This document shows positions 7,788-16,442 of a DNA stretch of 30,470 bases, piece after piece. Origin of the DNA: a virus (lineage: Duplodnaviria; Caudoviricetes); IMG/VR virus record IMGVR_UViG_3300046779_001035, positions 1 to 30,470 of that record; one strand, written 5' to 3'. Both the position numbers and the translations under genes were made by a program. The notes beneath the pieces are model-generated. The model was not told the origin of the DNA. It saw nothing but the letters and a program-made list of their open reading frames with translations, and searched no databases. Positions within the stretch are counted from its first letter, which is position 1, and each line of letters opens with the position of its first letter.

Positions 7788-8263
7788 AGTTTTATTTTTG
7801 CAATTTGAGATTTGTCCCAACCTAGATCTTCACAGTATTTTTTAATTTCTTTTTCTGTTGTAATGGCGCTGAGTGCTTCAACGTCACTAATTTTCATGTT
7901 AGGGAACAGTTCCATTAGGAATTCTGTCTTTTTATCTTTTTCTCGTTTAAGAGGCAACCACTCATGAAACTGTGTCTTTTTGCTTTCGTGACTGCATAGA
8001 CAAAGCGTCTGCCATACTAGCTTAGGATGATTCTGAATTAGTGCCCAATTCTTATTATAGAATTCATTAACAGTTAGCAAGTAGTGTTCTTTTATTTCTC
8101 TATTGCTACTCTTAACATTGCTAATGTAACGATTAAGAGTCCAGAAGTCGCCTTTGATTTCTTTTCGACCTTCTTCCGAAGCGGCATCCCACAGTTCCAT
8201 AAGTCCCATGTCTACTGCCGGGATCATGTCTTTAAAAAGGTCTACGTGTTTATTCTTTCCCAT
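7784..8263 (-). CDS. Probable clamp-loader small subunit (T4 gp62-like)
   Basis: The pattern FWTLNRYIS...VNEF...KTQFHEWL...LSAITTEKEIK resembles gp62 proteins of T4-like phages. Replication-gene context and size (159 aa) agree. Confidence 0.55.
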   Translation of the reverse strand: MGKNKHVDLFKDMIPAVDMGLMELWDAASEEGRKEIKGDFWTLNRYISNVKSSNREIKEHYLLTVNEFYNKNWALIQNHPKLVWQTLCLCSHESKKTQFHEWLPLKREKDKKTEFLMELFPNMKISDVEALSAITTEKEIKKYCEDLGWDKSQIAKIKL

Positions 8264-8516
8264 CTTCTTTTTTACTCAAGTGATATAATAGTTTAACACG
8301 ATCTATGGCTTCTTGTAAAGCAGGATTCGTTCTAGCAGATGCCAAAATTTCTCTCCATTCTTGACCGGCTCGAGCAATATCTTCTACCCTAGAACCCGTA
8401 GCTGGATCGTATTCCCATCCAATTGCTTCTCTTTCTAAGCTGCCCGATTCTCTTGCATACACTACTCCGTTAGCACGTTCGTATATGTAAGTGGCTCCTG
8501 GTTTAAGTTTGCCCAT
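8250..8516 (-). CDS. Hypothetical protein (88 aa)
   Basis: ORF overlaps both neighbours in the operon. Confidence 0.75.
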   Translation of the reverse strand: MGKLKPGATYIYERANGVVYARESGSLEREAIGWEYDPATGSRVEDIARAGQEWREILASARTNPALQEAIDRVKLLYHLSKKEDGKE

Positions 8517-8859
8517 CTTTTGTAAATCCTACAGTTTCTCGCTCAATGTCATCGTGATCGAACTCTGCCCAATATAATTCAAAAGCAATACAATCAGTTA
8601 CTGCTTCAAATTGATGGTACTCGCCAGGAGCAACTTTTGTGTACTCTCCTGCTTTCAACAAAGTCTCGTCTACTAGATCGTAGTTATTTTTCCAAACACG
8701 AATGATCATTTCTCCTTGTTCAACAAAGAATCCATTCCATTTATATTTGTGTTTATGTTTAGAACAAACTCCGCCTGCTTTAGCTTCAATACGATGAAAC
8801 TCTAGTACACCGTTAGCTTCTAATAATTCAGTTTGTCCCCATACTTTACCAGCTTTCAT
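8503..8859 (-). CDS. Cupin-domain protein (sugar isomerase-like)
   Basis: KVWG start, CSKHKH-x4-GFFVEQG and PGEYHQF cupin metal motifs. AAGGA SD upstream. Confidence 0.8.
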   Translation of the reverse strand: MKAGKVWGQTELLEANGVLEFHRIEAKAGGVCSKHKHKYKWNGFFVEQGEMIIRVWKNNYDLVDETLLKAGEYTKVAPGEYHQFEAVTDCIAFELYWAEFDHDDIERETVGFTKDGQT

Positions 8860-8868
8860 GTTTTATCC

Positions 8869-9639
8869 TTAAATTAATTCTTGATCGGGTGATCGACCAC
8901 TTCGTTGGTTAACAGCAGTCTTATGAAATTTCTTTTTACCTACACCGTGTACTAGCCAACTTAATCGCTCGTTACTAAAAGCCTTAGCAATATCGCCCTT
9001 AATGACCATGTCTAAGTTATTCCATTTAACAGTATTAGTCTGCAACAGTTTTGCCATCCATATACCGTCCCATGGTTTATTTTCGTCTAAAATCTTAAAG
9101 TCTACATATCCTTCAGAGATCCAGTTATAAATTTTCTCTGTATCTGGATGATGAAGGTCGAATATTAATATTCCTGTTTCAATGTGGCCGCCTGCTTTGA
9201 TGAACTCTAACTGTGCTGCAAGACTAGTGTTGTTTAGGCAATCAGTGATCCATTTCTTTCCAGGCTGTCTAGACGCCCATACATCGGCATCTAACCAAAT
9301 AAGATATCTTGTGTTGCAGGTTTTTATTGCATCAAGAACTGTGTACATTTTAAAACTCCAACGAAGAGCTTTCTTGTACCAGTTTTTTCTTTTTTCATCG
9401 TTGGGATTATTTTCTTGTTTAAATTTTGCCTGTACCGCGGAATAGAAATTTAACCAGCCCGGGCATTGTTGATCAAAGTCAACAACCTTAACTCTGTCTG
9501 GCAGAGTAGGTGTGTGCTTTTCGCTGTAGTAAACAATGTTCCAATCTTGTGGAAACATTGTGGACCATGTTGTTAAGTTCTCTAAACCATAAAGATCGTA
9601 ACCGTCTTTATGTAGTGTAGTAACAACAGTTACTGACAT
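8869..9639 (-). CDS. GT-A (DxD) nucleotide-diphospho-sugar transferase, paralogue of 14298..15107
   Basis: VVTT, ALRWSFKMY, IWLDAD, ETG and WDG motifs match those of the 14298 paralogue (VVTT, AIRFAHKVY, LWMDAD, ECG, WHDS). Confidence 0.75.
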   Translation of the reverse strand: MSVTVVTTLHKDGYDLYGLENLTTWSTMFPQDWNIVYYSEKHTPTLPDRVKVVDFDQQCPGWLNFYSAVQAKFKQENNPNDEKRKNWYKKALRWSFKMYTVLDAIKTCNTRYLIWLDADVWASRQPGKKWITDCLNNTSLAAQLEFIKAGGHIETGILIFDLHHPDTEKIYNWISEGYVDFKILDENKPWDGIWMAKLLQTNTVKWNNLDMVIKGDIAKAFSNERLSWLVHGVGKKKFHKTAVNQRSGRSPDQELI

Positions 9640-9866
9640 TTATACTTTCCTTTGAGTGCATTTGTAATGAACTCGTGTTTACCTACCCAGCGATCTTCGA
9701 TAATAGGTTCTCCTGGGCCAGTAATTAATCTTCGGAATCTATACGCAGTTCTTAACCAGATTAAGTTATTTGATTCGTAACAGCGACGTGGCCAGAAACA
9801 AAATTTGTACTCTGGCGTTGCTCTATCCCAAAAATAATCGTAACTTGTAGTATCGTCCATTGGCAT
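9630..9866 (-). CDS. Hypothetical protein (78 aa)
   Basis: Coupled to the upstream stop (TAATG at 9866) and overlaps the next gene. Confidence 0.7.
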   Translation of the reverse strand: MPMDDTTSYDYFWDRATPEYKFCFWPRRCYESNNLIWLRTAYRFRRLITGPGEPIIEDRWVGKHEFITNALKGKYKCQ

Positions 9867-10372
9867 TAAATTAATTTATCTAACTGAATAATTTCTCCTT
9901 GTCGAGAAATTTCCTTAACAAAGTATGCACACGGAGGATTAGGGCCGTCATGTAAAGGAACAGTTAATAATTGGCCATTCTTCATCTTAGGAAAATACCA
10001 GCGGACATCTTGAAAGATATTTAAAATTTCAACCGGCATGTACTCTTGTCTAAAACCATTTACCGGATTAAAGATTAGTGCATCAAATCCACGCTCGTTA
10101 ATGCTAGTTAATGGCAATACCTCTGGATCTAATCCGCAGTCCTTGTCTCCTACTACCATGCACCAGTCCAACGGCATTTGTACTTCGTAACCGCCAATCT
10201 TTAAAACAATTGCAGGACTATTAAATGACTCTAAGAAGATCAGAGGCATAAAGTAAAAGTCTGGATCTGACGGATTGCTATTATCTAAGACTGAAAATCT
10301 AGTATCGTCGTCGACTTCGTCCGGTAATTCGTTTAAATCAAACGATCTATTTTCTAATGTTAATATTTTCAT
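9866..10372 (-). CDS. Hypothetical protein, possible degenerate Hint/intein-like fold
   Basis: ATGA coupling to the uvsW stop. The beta-strand pattern is colinear with intein blocks but lacks the catalytic residues. Confidence 0.6.
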   Translation of the reverse strand: MKILTLENRSFDLNELPDEVDDDTRFSVLDNSNPSDPDFYFMPLIFLESFNSPAIVLKIGGYEVQMPLDWCMVVGDKDCGLDPEVLPLTSINERGFDALIFNPVNGFRQEYMPVEILNIFQDVRWYFPKMKNGQLLTVPLHDGPNPPCAYFVKEISRQGEIIQLDKLI

Positions 10373-11823
10373 ATGGTTACCTTTGTAATTGTAAATGGAT
10401 ACTTTGCATCCTTATAGTATTTCTTTCGTTCAGTTAGATGTCGCTTTGCGTATTTGCATGTCGACGTGATGTCCCAGATTTGGACGAAGTCTTTATCTTC
10501 TGCTTTTCTAATGCCTCGTCCAATAGATTGTATAACGCGGACAAAGCTCTTTCCGGGCTCAATAAGAACCAGATTAAAAATCCTTGGAATATTAATACCC
10601 ACAGCGGCCACACCGTAAGTCGCCACAATAATCTTATTGTCAGCAGTTTTAATTTCGTCATACTCTTCTTTCCTGTCGTCAAGTTTCATTCCGCCGCTGA
10701 CAAATGCAGCATCTGGTATTAGTTCAATAAGTTTATTACCTGTTTCAATTCTATTAATTAAAACTAGGGTGTTACCTGTTAGAGATAACTCTTTTATCTT
10801 ACCTGCCATCCAGTTAAGTCTGCTCGGATCTGTGACTAGGAAAGAATATTCGTCTTGGAAATTTCTAAACACCTGCACATCTGTAGTCTGCAATACGTTG
10901 ATGTGTAAATTAGCAAGGACGCCTTTGTTCTGTAAATCGTTTGCAGATACGTGATTAATAACAGGGCCGATACTAGCAAGAATACCTTGGAATTCCCACG
11001 CTTCTTTAGGTACAGTGCCAGTTAATCCCCAGCGAATAGCACAGTTCTTAAAGTTTTGTGTTAATAGTTTTGTTAACACTTCTGCCTTTGCTTGGTGTAC
11101 CTCGTCAATAATAATTGCGTTAACACCTTCTGCAAATTCTGCCAAGGACAATGATTCTTCGTCATAACTCTTTTTGTCTAAGACGTTAAGACTTTGCCAT
11201 GTACATATTGTATGTGTCTTTCCTAGTTCTTTTCGATCACCGAAATATACACCAACATCTAGACCTAGGTTAATATAATCTTCTTCTGTCTGAACAACTA
11301 GAGATTTGTTAGGAACAATAACCATTGTACGGCCATAAGGTTCACACATTGCAGACAGTGTTGCTGTAGTAATTGTCTTCCCAGCACCGGTAGCAACTTC
11401 TTGTAGACTCTGTGGATTCTCTAAGAACTTATTAACTACATCATACTGGTAGTCACGTAAGATGATCGGCTTGCCTGCTTCCGGATGTCCTTTAGGCCAA
11501 GTTTTTCCTTGGTCGGCCCAATAAGTTTCAGTAACTGGTGTAAACTTAAATTCGTGATGATGCCTGAGGTCTTCCACTTCAATGTCGTAACCTTCATCTT
11601 CTAATATAGGAAGAATAACATCTAAGTGTGCCAGATAACCTGTGCCGCCAATACTAAAGTAAGTTTTTGTACCATCCCATCGACCTAATTTATAAGCGGG
11701 CATATGACGTGCGTAAGGCAAGTCATATTTTAATTTATTGACTAATTTTCTTCTAACTTCTACTGGAAGACCGTCAACCTTAATGTTTACTTCATCTCTA
11801 ATTACTAGTTTACAGCTCTTCAA
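10369..11823 (-). CDS. uvsW: SF2 DNA helicase UvsW
   Basis: N-terminal WDG motif, LRDYQ Q-motif, ATGAGKT, DEVH, GLTGT, GINIPRI and QSIGRGIR. Confidence 0.92.
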   Translation of the reverse strand: MKSCKLVIRDEVNIKVDGLPVEVRRKLVNKLKYDLPYARHMPAYKLGRWDGTKTYFSIGGTGYLAHLDVILPILEDEGYDIEVEDLRHHHEFKFTPVTETYWADQGKTWPKGHPEAGKPIILRDYQYDVVNKFLENPQSLQEVATGAGKTITTATLSAMCEPYGRTMVIVPNKSLVVQTEEDYINLGLDVGVYFGDRKELGKTHTICTWQSLNVLDKKSYDEESLSLAEFAEGVNAIIIDEVHQAKAEVLTKLLTQNFKNCAIRWGLTGTVPKEAWEFQGILASIGPVINHVSANDLQNKGVLANLHINVLQTTDVQVFRNFQDEYSFLVTDPSRLNWMAGKIKELSLTGNTLVLINRIETGNKLIELIPDAAFVSGGMKLDDRKEEYDEIKTADNKIIVATYGVAAVGINIPRIFNLVLIEPGKSFVRVIQSIGRGIRKAEDKDFVQIWDITSTCKYAKRHLTERKKYYKDAKYPFTITKVTI

Positions 11824-12988
11824 TGTCTATTTCCTTTTGTTTTGCAGGCTTGGAATCACTAATATTGATCACGCAAGGATGATGATTAAGGAGACACTGT
11901 AATGTCTTACTAGTGAACGGGAATAAGCCGTTAGTAGCTATTATTTTAAACGAATCTAAGTCTTTATACAACCACTTTGCAGGTGAGTTTAAGAATATAA
12001 AAATTCTACCATCGGATATTTTTCCACCGACGTTGTTTTCTTTAATCCAAGTGTTAACAGAGGAATTCGGTTTTCCATCTTCTCTGAAACACACCTTAAT
12101 TTCACCTCGATTAATACCCTTTAAATCTGAAGTATTGACGAATTTTTTCAGCCATGCGAAGTAGTCTGAACTTCGATCGAGAATGATGCAGCACTTACTA
12201 TTAATTTGTTTGTATAGGTCAAAGAACTCGTTCATGTCTTTGGTCCAGAATAAGTTTTTTCCAGACGAGGCAATCTTTTCAACTGTAGAATTGTAGGAAT
12301 CTTGACGTAAAAAATACCCCATTTCTTTGGCCAACAGCAGGTCGTCTGCTAATACACCTGTAGCGGAATTAAGCCATGCTTCAGTTGATTCGGGGTTAGC
12401 ATTCCTTAAGACTACTACACCGTCAACTATTTCACTATGGGGTTCGTACTGGTCTTTATTTTGCCAGATTTCATCAATTTGATCGCGATAATCTACAAAA
12501 GAATTGTCTAGTTCAAAGTCTCTGTTATGGACAAACTCTTCCACTTTTAAGAAGTTACAGTAGTAAAGAGGAATCTTTCTTACTCTCTTATCTGGGTCCC
12601 ACTGACTGCCAACTTGGTTGACAAACTCTTTGTCAAATTCTGCTTTTACAGAAAACGGGAATTGTAAATGTACCCAAGGAATACCGTCTTCGTCAACTTC
12701 AATGCTGACTCGTTTAGAATTGTCAATTACTCGAAAATCTTTTTTCCACGGCAATGTTTGAATTAATGTGTCGGCATCAATTCCTTCATCGGACAAAATG
12801 TGTTTGTACTTCTTTAAGATCTTCATAACAAAATTTGCCTGATTTTTAGTCAGGGATTTGTTAGACATCAACGAGATATAAAAACTGTAGCCAGCACTTT
12901 GGTCAAAGTACTGTAGACTATGGCCTTTTCGTTGGACGATGTCGAAGAACTCTATAAACAGGTCTTCAAGATTCTTGATATTTGACAT
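11810..12988 (-). CDS. Hypothetical protein (392 aa) with a HARP-like segment
   Basis: First gene after a sigma70 promoter and overlaps uvsW. The segment VHLQFPF...SQWDPDKRVRKIPL resembles a HARP domain. Confidence 0.7.
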   Translation of the reverse strand: MSNIKNLEDLFIEFFDIVQRKGHSLQYFDQSAGYSFYISLMSNKSLTKNQANFVMKILKKYKHILSDEGIDADTLIQTLPWKKDFRVIDNSKRVSIEVDEDGIPWVHLQFPFSVKAEFDKEFVNQVGSQWDPDKRVRKIPLYYCNFLKVEEFVHNRDFELDNSFVDYRDQIDEIWQNKDQYEPHSEIVDGVVVLRNANPESTEAWLNSATGVLADDLLLAKEMGYFLRQDSYNSTVEKIASSGKNLFWTKDMNEFFDLYKQINSKCCIILDRSSDYFAWLKKFVNTSDLKGINRGEIKVCFREDGKPNSSVNTWIKENNVGGKISDGRIFIFLNSPAKWLYKDLDSFKIIATNGLFPFTSKTLQCLLNHHPCVINISDSKPAKQKEIDIEEL

Positions 12989-12994
12989 TTTTAT

Positions 12995-13023
12995 AGTATA
13001 GCATACTCAAAGTCTAATAGCAA
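12995..13023 (-). promoter_or_regulatory. Sigma70-type promoter (TTGCTA-17-TATACT, extended TG) for the uvsW operon
   Basis: -35 at 13023-13018 and TGc-TATACT at 13000-12995. ATG 12988 follows after 6 nt. Confidence 0.7.
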
Positions 13024-13030
13024 GGTTTTA

Positions 13031-13870
13031 TTAAAATTTTTCTAACTCTAATTTTAAACGTTCAAACGGTATGCCTTGCTCAATTTCAGGCACTGTCCAT
13101 TCTGTGTGAGTCAGTTCTATGAACCATTGGGTTCTGTCTGGAAGAACAGGATGTGCAATTTGGCCAATCGTTGAAGATACTGGCCATGCCAAACTGCTGG
13201 AATCGCATACAATAGGTACACCGGCAATGGCTGCTTGAACTGCTGGACCACTGTTATGGTTAACTACGCAGTGGTATCCATAGTCAATGTCAAAACTGTC
13301 GTATGTGCCACTTAATTTTCTCGGAGTTTCGACCTTAACTCCTGGAAGATTTAAAGAGAACGGATCGCGAGGATGGGGTCTTACTATTATAGGCCTAGTG
13401 GAAACTGACCTTATTTGGTTAACAACCTCGGTTACCCATCGAGCCATAGGAGGCATACCTTGCCATTGTAGGCTCTTAGTATGTTGACATGCTATTAGTA
13501 TTTCTTCTCGACGGCGACTTTTAATATCTTCTAATTGAAGGCCTAATTTTCTTGGTCTATCGTGATCTAAATTAACAGTATTACCAAATATGCCGTTACC
13601 GTTGATGTGATCAATACCAATTCTCCAAGTGTTGTTTCTATTAAGGTTTCCAACCTCGACAAAGATAGTTGGTCTTCCTAGAGATTTACGTTTTTCAAAG
13701 ATCTGTTTATTACCTAACATCCTACCAGACCATAAAGCAGACCATACAACTGCAACATCTTCACCAGAGTCAACAATTTCGTGGCCAAGGTGGGTCAATC
13801 CTTTGCAGACAGCATCAAAGATCGGTTGACTATTTAGAGCTCCATGCTCTCTATATATTTTGAACTTCAT
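13031..13870 (-). CDS. KpsS/KpsC-like (capsule-synthesis) GT-B glycosyltransferase, paralogue 1 (start MKFKIY at 13870)
   Basis: ILIACQ, IIVRPHP and VVNHNSGPAVQAAIAGVPIV motifs. Confidence 0.7.
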   Translation of the reverse strand: MKFKIYREHGALNSQPIFDAVCKGLTHLGHEIVDSGEDVAVVWSALWSGRMLGNKQIFEKRKSLGRPTIFVEVGNLNRNNTWRIGIDHINGNGIFGNTVNLDHDRPRKLGLQLEDIKSRRREEILIACQHTKSLQWQGMPPMARWVTEVVNQIRSVSTRPIIVRPHPRDPFSLNLPGVKVETPRKLSGTYDSFDIDYGYHCVVNHNSGPAVQAAIAGVPIVCDSSSLAWPVSSTIGQIAHPVLPDRTQWFIELTHTEWTVPEIEQGIPFERLKLELEKF

Positions 13871-13878
13871 CTTAGGCA

Positions 13879-13898
13879 ATAAATAACTGAGTATTTAA
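13879..13898. promoter_or_regulatory. Divergent late-promoter pair
   Basis: ATAAATA on + at 13879-13885 and TTAAATA on - at 13898-13892, both within a 35-nt gap between divergent genes. Confidence 0.6.
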
Positions 13899-13905
13899 TT
13901 CTAAT

Positions 13906-14301
13906 ATGAGTAAGTTTTCTAAAAGAATCTCTAAATTGGTAGATGTGCCAGTAAATTGTCTAGTAATAGGCAAGGGGTTTGGATTTTTAGAAGAGATTTT
14001 AGAAGTATTTCAAACAGTGTTTGTTATTTCTACAGAACGTCCAGAGATTAAAAACAGAAAATTGGTTTATAGAGAAAATTTTGACAACTTAAGTGATTTA
14101 TCTAACATACAAGTGGTATTTTTAGATTTATCCTATGTTGACAAGTTAGAAATGTTGCCAATTTTATGGACAAGGAATAAATGTTTGATTGCCATTGAAG
14201 GAAACGACCCAATAGAACGAATACATTCAGGTCCTTTATACCAACACAGCTTTAGGTGTGTTGATGTACTAGGATTTTTTCACCTTTGGAAACAAAAATG
14301 A
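13906..14301 (+). CDS. Hypothetical protein, possibly a degenerate Rossmann/methyltransferase-like fold
   Basis: CLVIGKGFG resembles motif I and QVVFLD resembles motif IV. ATGA coupling to the next gene. Confidence 0.6.
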   Translation: MSKFSKRISKLVDVPVNCLVIGKGFGFLEEILEVFQTVFVISTERPEIKNRKLVYRENFDNLSDLSNIQVVFLDLSYVDKLEMLPILWTRNKCLIAIEGNDPIERIHSGPLYQHSFRCVDVLGFFHLWKQK

Positions 14302-15107
14302 CAAAAATTGCCGTGGTAACTACGTTTCACGAAGAGGGATTGAAGAAATACGGTCAGCGAATGATCGATACCTTCATTCAAAATTGGCCTAAAGAAATTA
14401 CACTTCACATTTATCCAGAGAAATGCAATCCTAGGATTTCAGATCACTCAAGAGTTACGCTCACTGACCTAGATTCAGTAGCAGAATTAACTGCATTTAA
14501 AGAGAAATGGAAAAATGTTCCTAAAGCTAATGGCGATGTCTCAGATGATCCTGTTAGAAGTAAAAGAAAAGATGCAGGAAAAGGTTTTAAGTGGAATGCT
14601 ATTAGGTTTGCACACAAAGTCTATGCAATCTTTGACTGTGCAAGAAACACGGATGCCGATATTTTACTCTGGATGGACGCAGATAATGTTTGCCACAGTC
14701 CTATTAGCTTAGAACAAGTGCAAAAATTCTGTAATCCATCATTTGATCTTTCTTTCCTTGGAAGAGAAGGCAAATATACAGAGTGCGGCCTTTATGCAAT
14801 GAATCTTCGAAGCACACGAACACTAGGTTTCCTTGCAGAATTTCAAAGAATGTACGATGATGCTGAGAACGGTATTTTTAAACTAGCAGAGTGGCATGAC
14901 AGTTTTGTTTTTGATGATGTTAAAGATCGCATGCCTATTTTAAAACTTAATAACTGGAGCCGTGGCATCATTAAAGGTGAAGGCCACCCGTTAATTAACA
15001 GCGAATGGGGTGCTTACCTAGATCATCTTAAAGGTGATCGAAAAACTAATGGAAGAAGTAAGGCAAACGATCTTAAAGTAAAAAGAACTGAAGCATACTG
15101 GCAATGA
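14298..15107 (+). CDS. GT-A (DxD) nucleotide-diphospho-sugar transferase (start MTKIAVV at 14298)
   Basis: IAVVTT, LLWMDAD, ECG and DHLKG motifs. Paralogue of 8869..9639. Confidence 0.75.
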   Translation: MTKIAVVTTFHEEGLKKYGQRMIDTFIQNWPKEITLHIYPEKCNPRISDHSRVTLTDLDSVAELTAFKEKWKNVPKANGDVSDDPVRSKRKDAGKGFKWNAIRFAHKVYAIFDCARNTDADILLWMDADNVCHSPISLEQVQKFCNPSFDLSFLGREGKYTECGLYAMNLRSTRTLGFLAEFQRMYDDAENGIFKLAEWHDSFVFDDVKDRMPILKLNNWSRGIIKGEGHPLINSEWGAYLDHLKGDRKTNGRSKANDLKVKRTEAYWQ

Positions 15108-15775
15108 AAAGTTTTATAATTTGTTTATCTAAGATTGAAAGTTCATTAATAACCGCATTAAATCTTAAAAAACAGTTAGAAGATTTCAGTATGCCGGTTG
15201 AACTCTTCGAGGGAACATACGGAAACGATGCTGTTCGTATGATGATTGAAGAAAACAGAATTTTACATCCAACAACTATAAAAGGAACTCCGACTGTTCA
15301 AAGTTCTAACTTATATAAACTAGAATTGCCTGGTGTAAAGGGTTGTTTTTATAGCCACTACAGATTGTGGCAAAAATGTGTAGAATTGAACGAGCCGATT
15401 ATTGTATTTGAAGACGATATACTTTTGCAGAGAAGTTATATTCCAGTTGACTGGAAAGATGTGTTAATACTAGCACTTGGCCATCCGAGAAAAAGTCAAA
15501 GATATATGCACTACTTAACTAACTCAACTGGTATTCCTAAAGCTGAAGCATACGATCAAGTATCTATGCCAGGAACTTGCGGATATGCAATTAAACCAGC
15601 CGCTGCAAATAAATTAATAAATTTTTATAAATCTACATATCTGTCATCAGACAATTGTATGAATAAAAATGTAATAGATATAAAAATTCACGGATATTTA
15701 ATGGGTATTGCATTAACTAAACAAACCGGTAAAAAGAGTCTTGTAAAAACTAAAATGTGGGAAAAGTATGTATAA
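15104..15775 (+). CDS. Glycosyltransferase family 25 (LgtB/Lex1-like)
   Basis: FIICL, GCFYSHYRLWQ, IIVFEDD and GYAIKPAAANKL motifs. Confidence 0.85.
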   Translation: MKSFIICLSKIESSLITALNLKKQLEDFSMPVELFEGTYGNDAVRMMIEENRILHPTTIKGTPTVQSSNLYKLELPGVKGCFYSHYRLWQKCVELNEPIIVFEDDILLQRSYIPVDWKDVLILALGHPRKSQRYMHYLTNSTGIPKAEAYDQVSMPGTCGYAIKPAAANKLINFYKSTYLSSDNCMNKNVIDIKIHGYLMGIALTKQTGKKSLVKTKMWEKYV

Positions 15776-16442
15776 ATCTTTTATTATTAACTTGTCAAAA
15801 GTAGAGTCATCTTATAACAGTGCTGTTAGATTGCAAGAATCTTTAAAAAAATTTAACTTAGATGCTGAGTTATTCGAAGGGTCTTACGGGCACAACACAT
15901 TAGAACAATATATAAAATCAAATAGATTTTGTCACGATTGGGGTCTAAAAGGACCTGACAATTTATACTCGGAAGAAGTTAAAAAAACTTTTTTAATTCC
16001 CGGACTTATAGGATGCTTTGACAGCCATTATAGATTGTGGCAGAAATGTGTAGAATTAAACGAGCCAATTATTATATTTGAAGACGACATTATAATTCAA
16101 AGAGAATTTATTCCTGTTGATTGGAAAGATGTTCTCTCAGTAGCATTCAGCCATTCTAAAAAATATCTTTTGTATAAAGATTATTTAGATTCACCGTCCG
16201 GAGACCCGTTTGCTGCTCCGTATAAGCAATCTACAATGCCGGGCAACGGAGGTTATGCAATTAAACCTCATGCTGCTAAGGTATTAGTAGATGCTTACAA
16301 AAATTCTTTTCTTCCTGCAGATAATGCAATAAATCAATATCTAGTAACTATACAAATACACAGTTACATGATGGGTAAAGCGTTGTCGAAAAAAGAAGGA
16401 AACGTATCTTTAATTAGAACAAAATATTGGAATTCTAACTAA
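15768..16442 (+). CDS. Glycosyltransferase family 25, tandem paralogue
   Basis: FIINL, GCFDSHYRLWQ, IIIFEDD, GYAIKPHAAKVL and PAD motifs. Confidence 0.85.
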   Translation: MYKSFIINLSKVESSYNSAVRLQESLKKFNLDAELFEGSYGHNTLEQYIKSNRFCHDWGLKGPDNLYSEEVKKTFLIPGLIGCFDSHYRLWQKCVELNEPIIIFEDDIIIQREFIPVDWKDVLSVAFSHSKKYLLYKDYLDSPSGDPFAAPYKQSTMPGNGGYAIKPHAAKVLVDAYKNSFLPADNAINQYLVTIQIHSYMMGKALSKKEGNVSLIRTKYWNSN

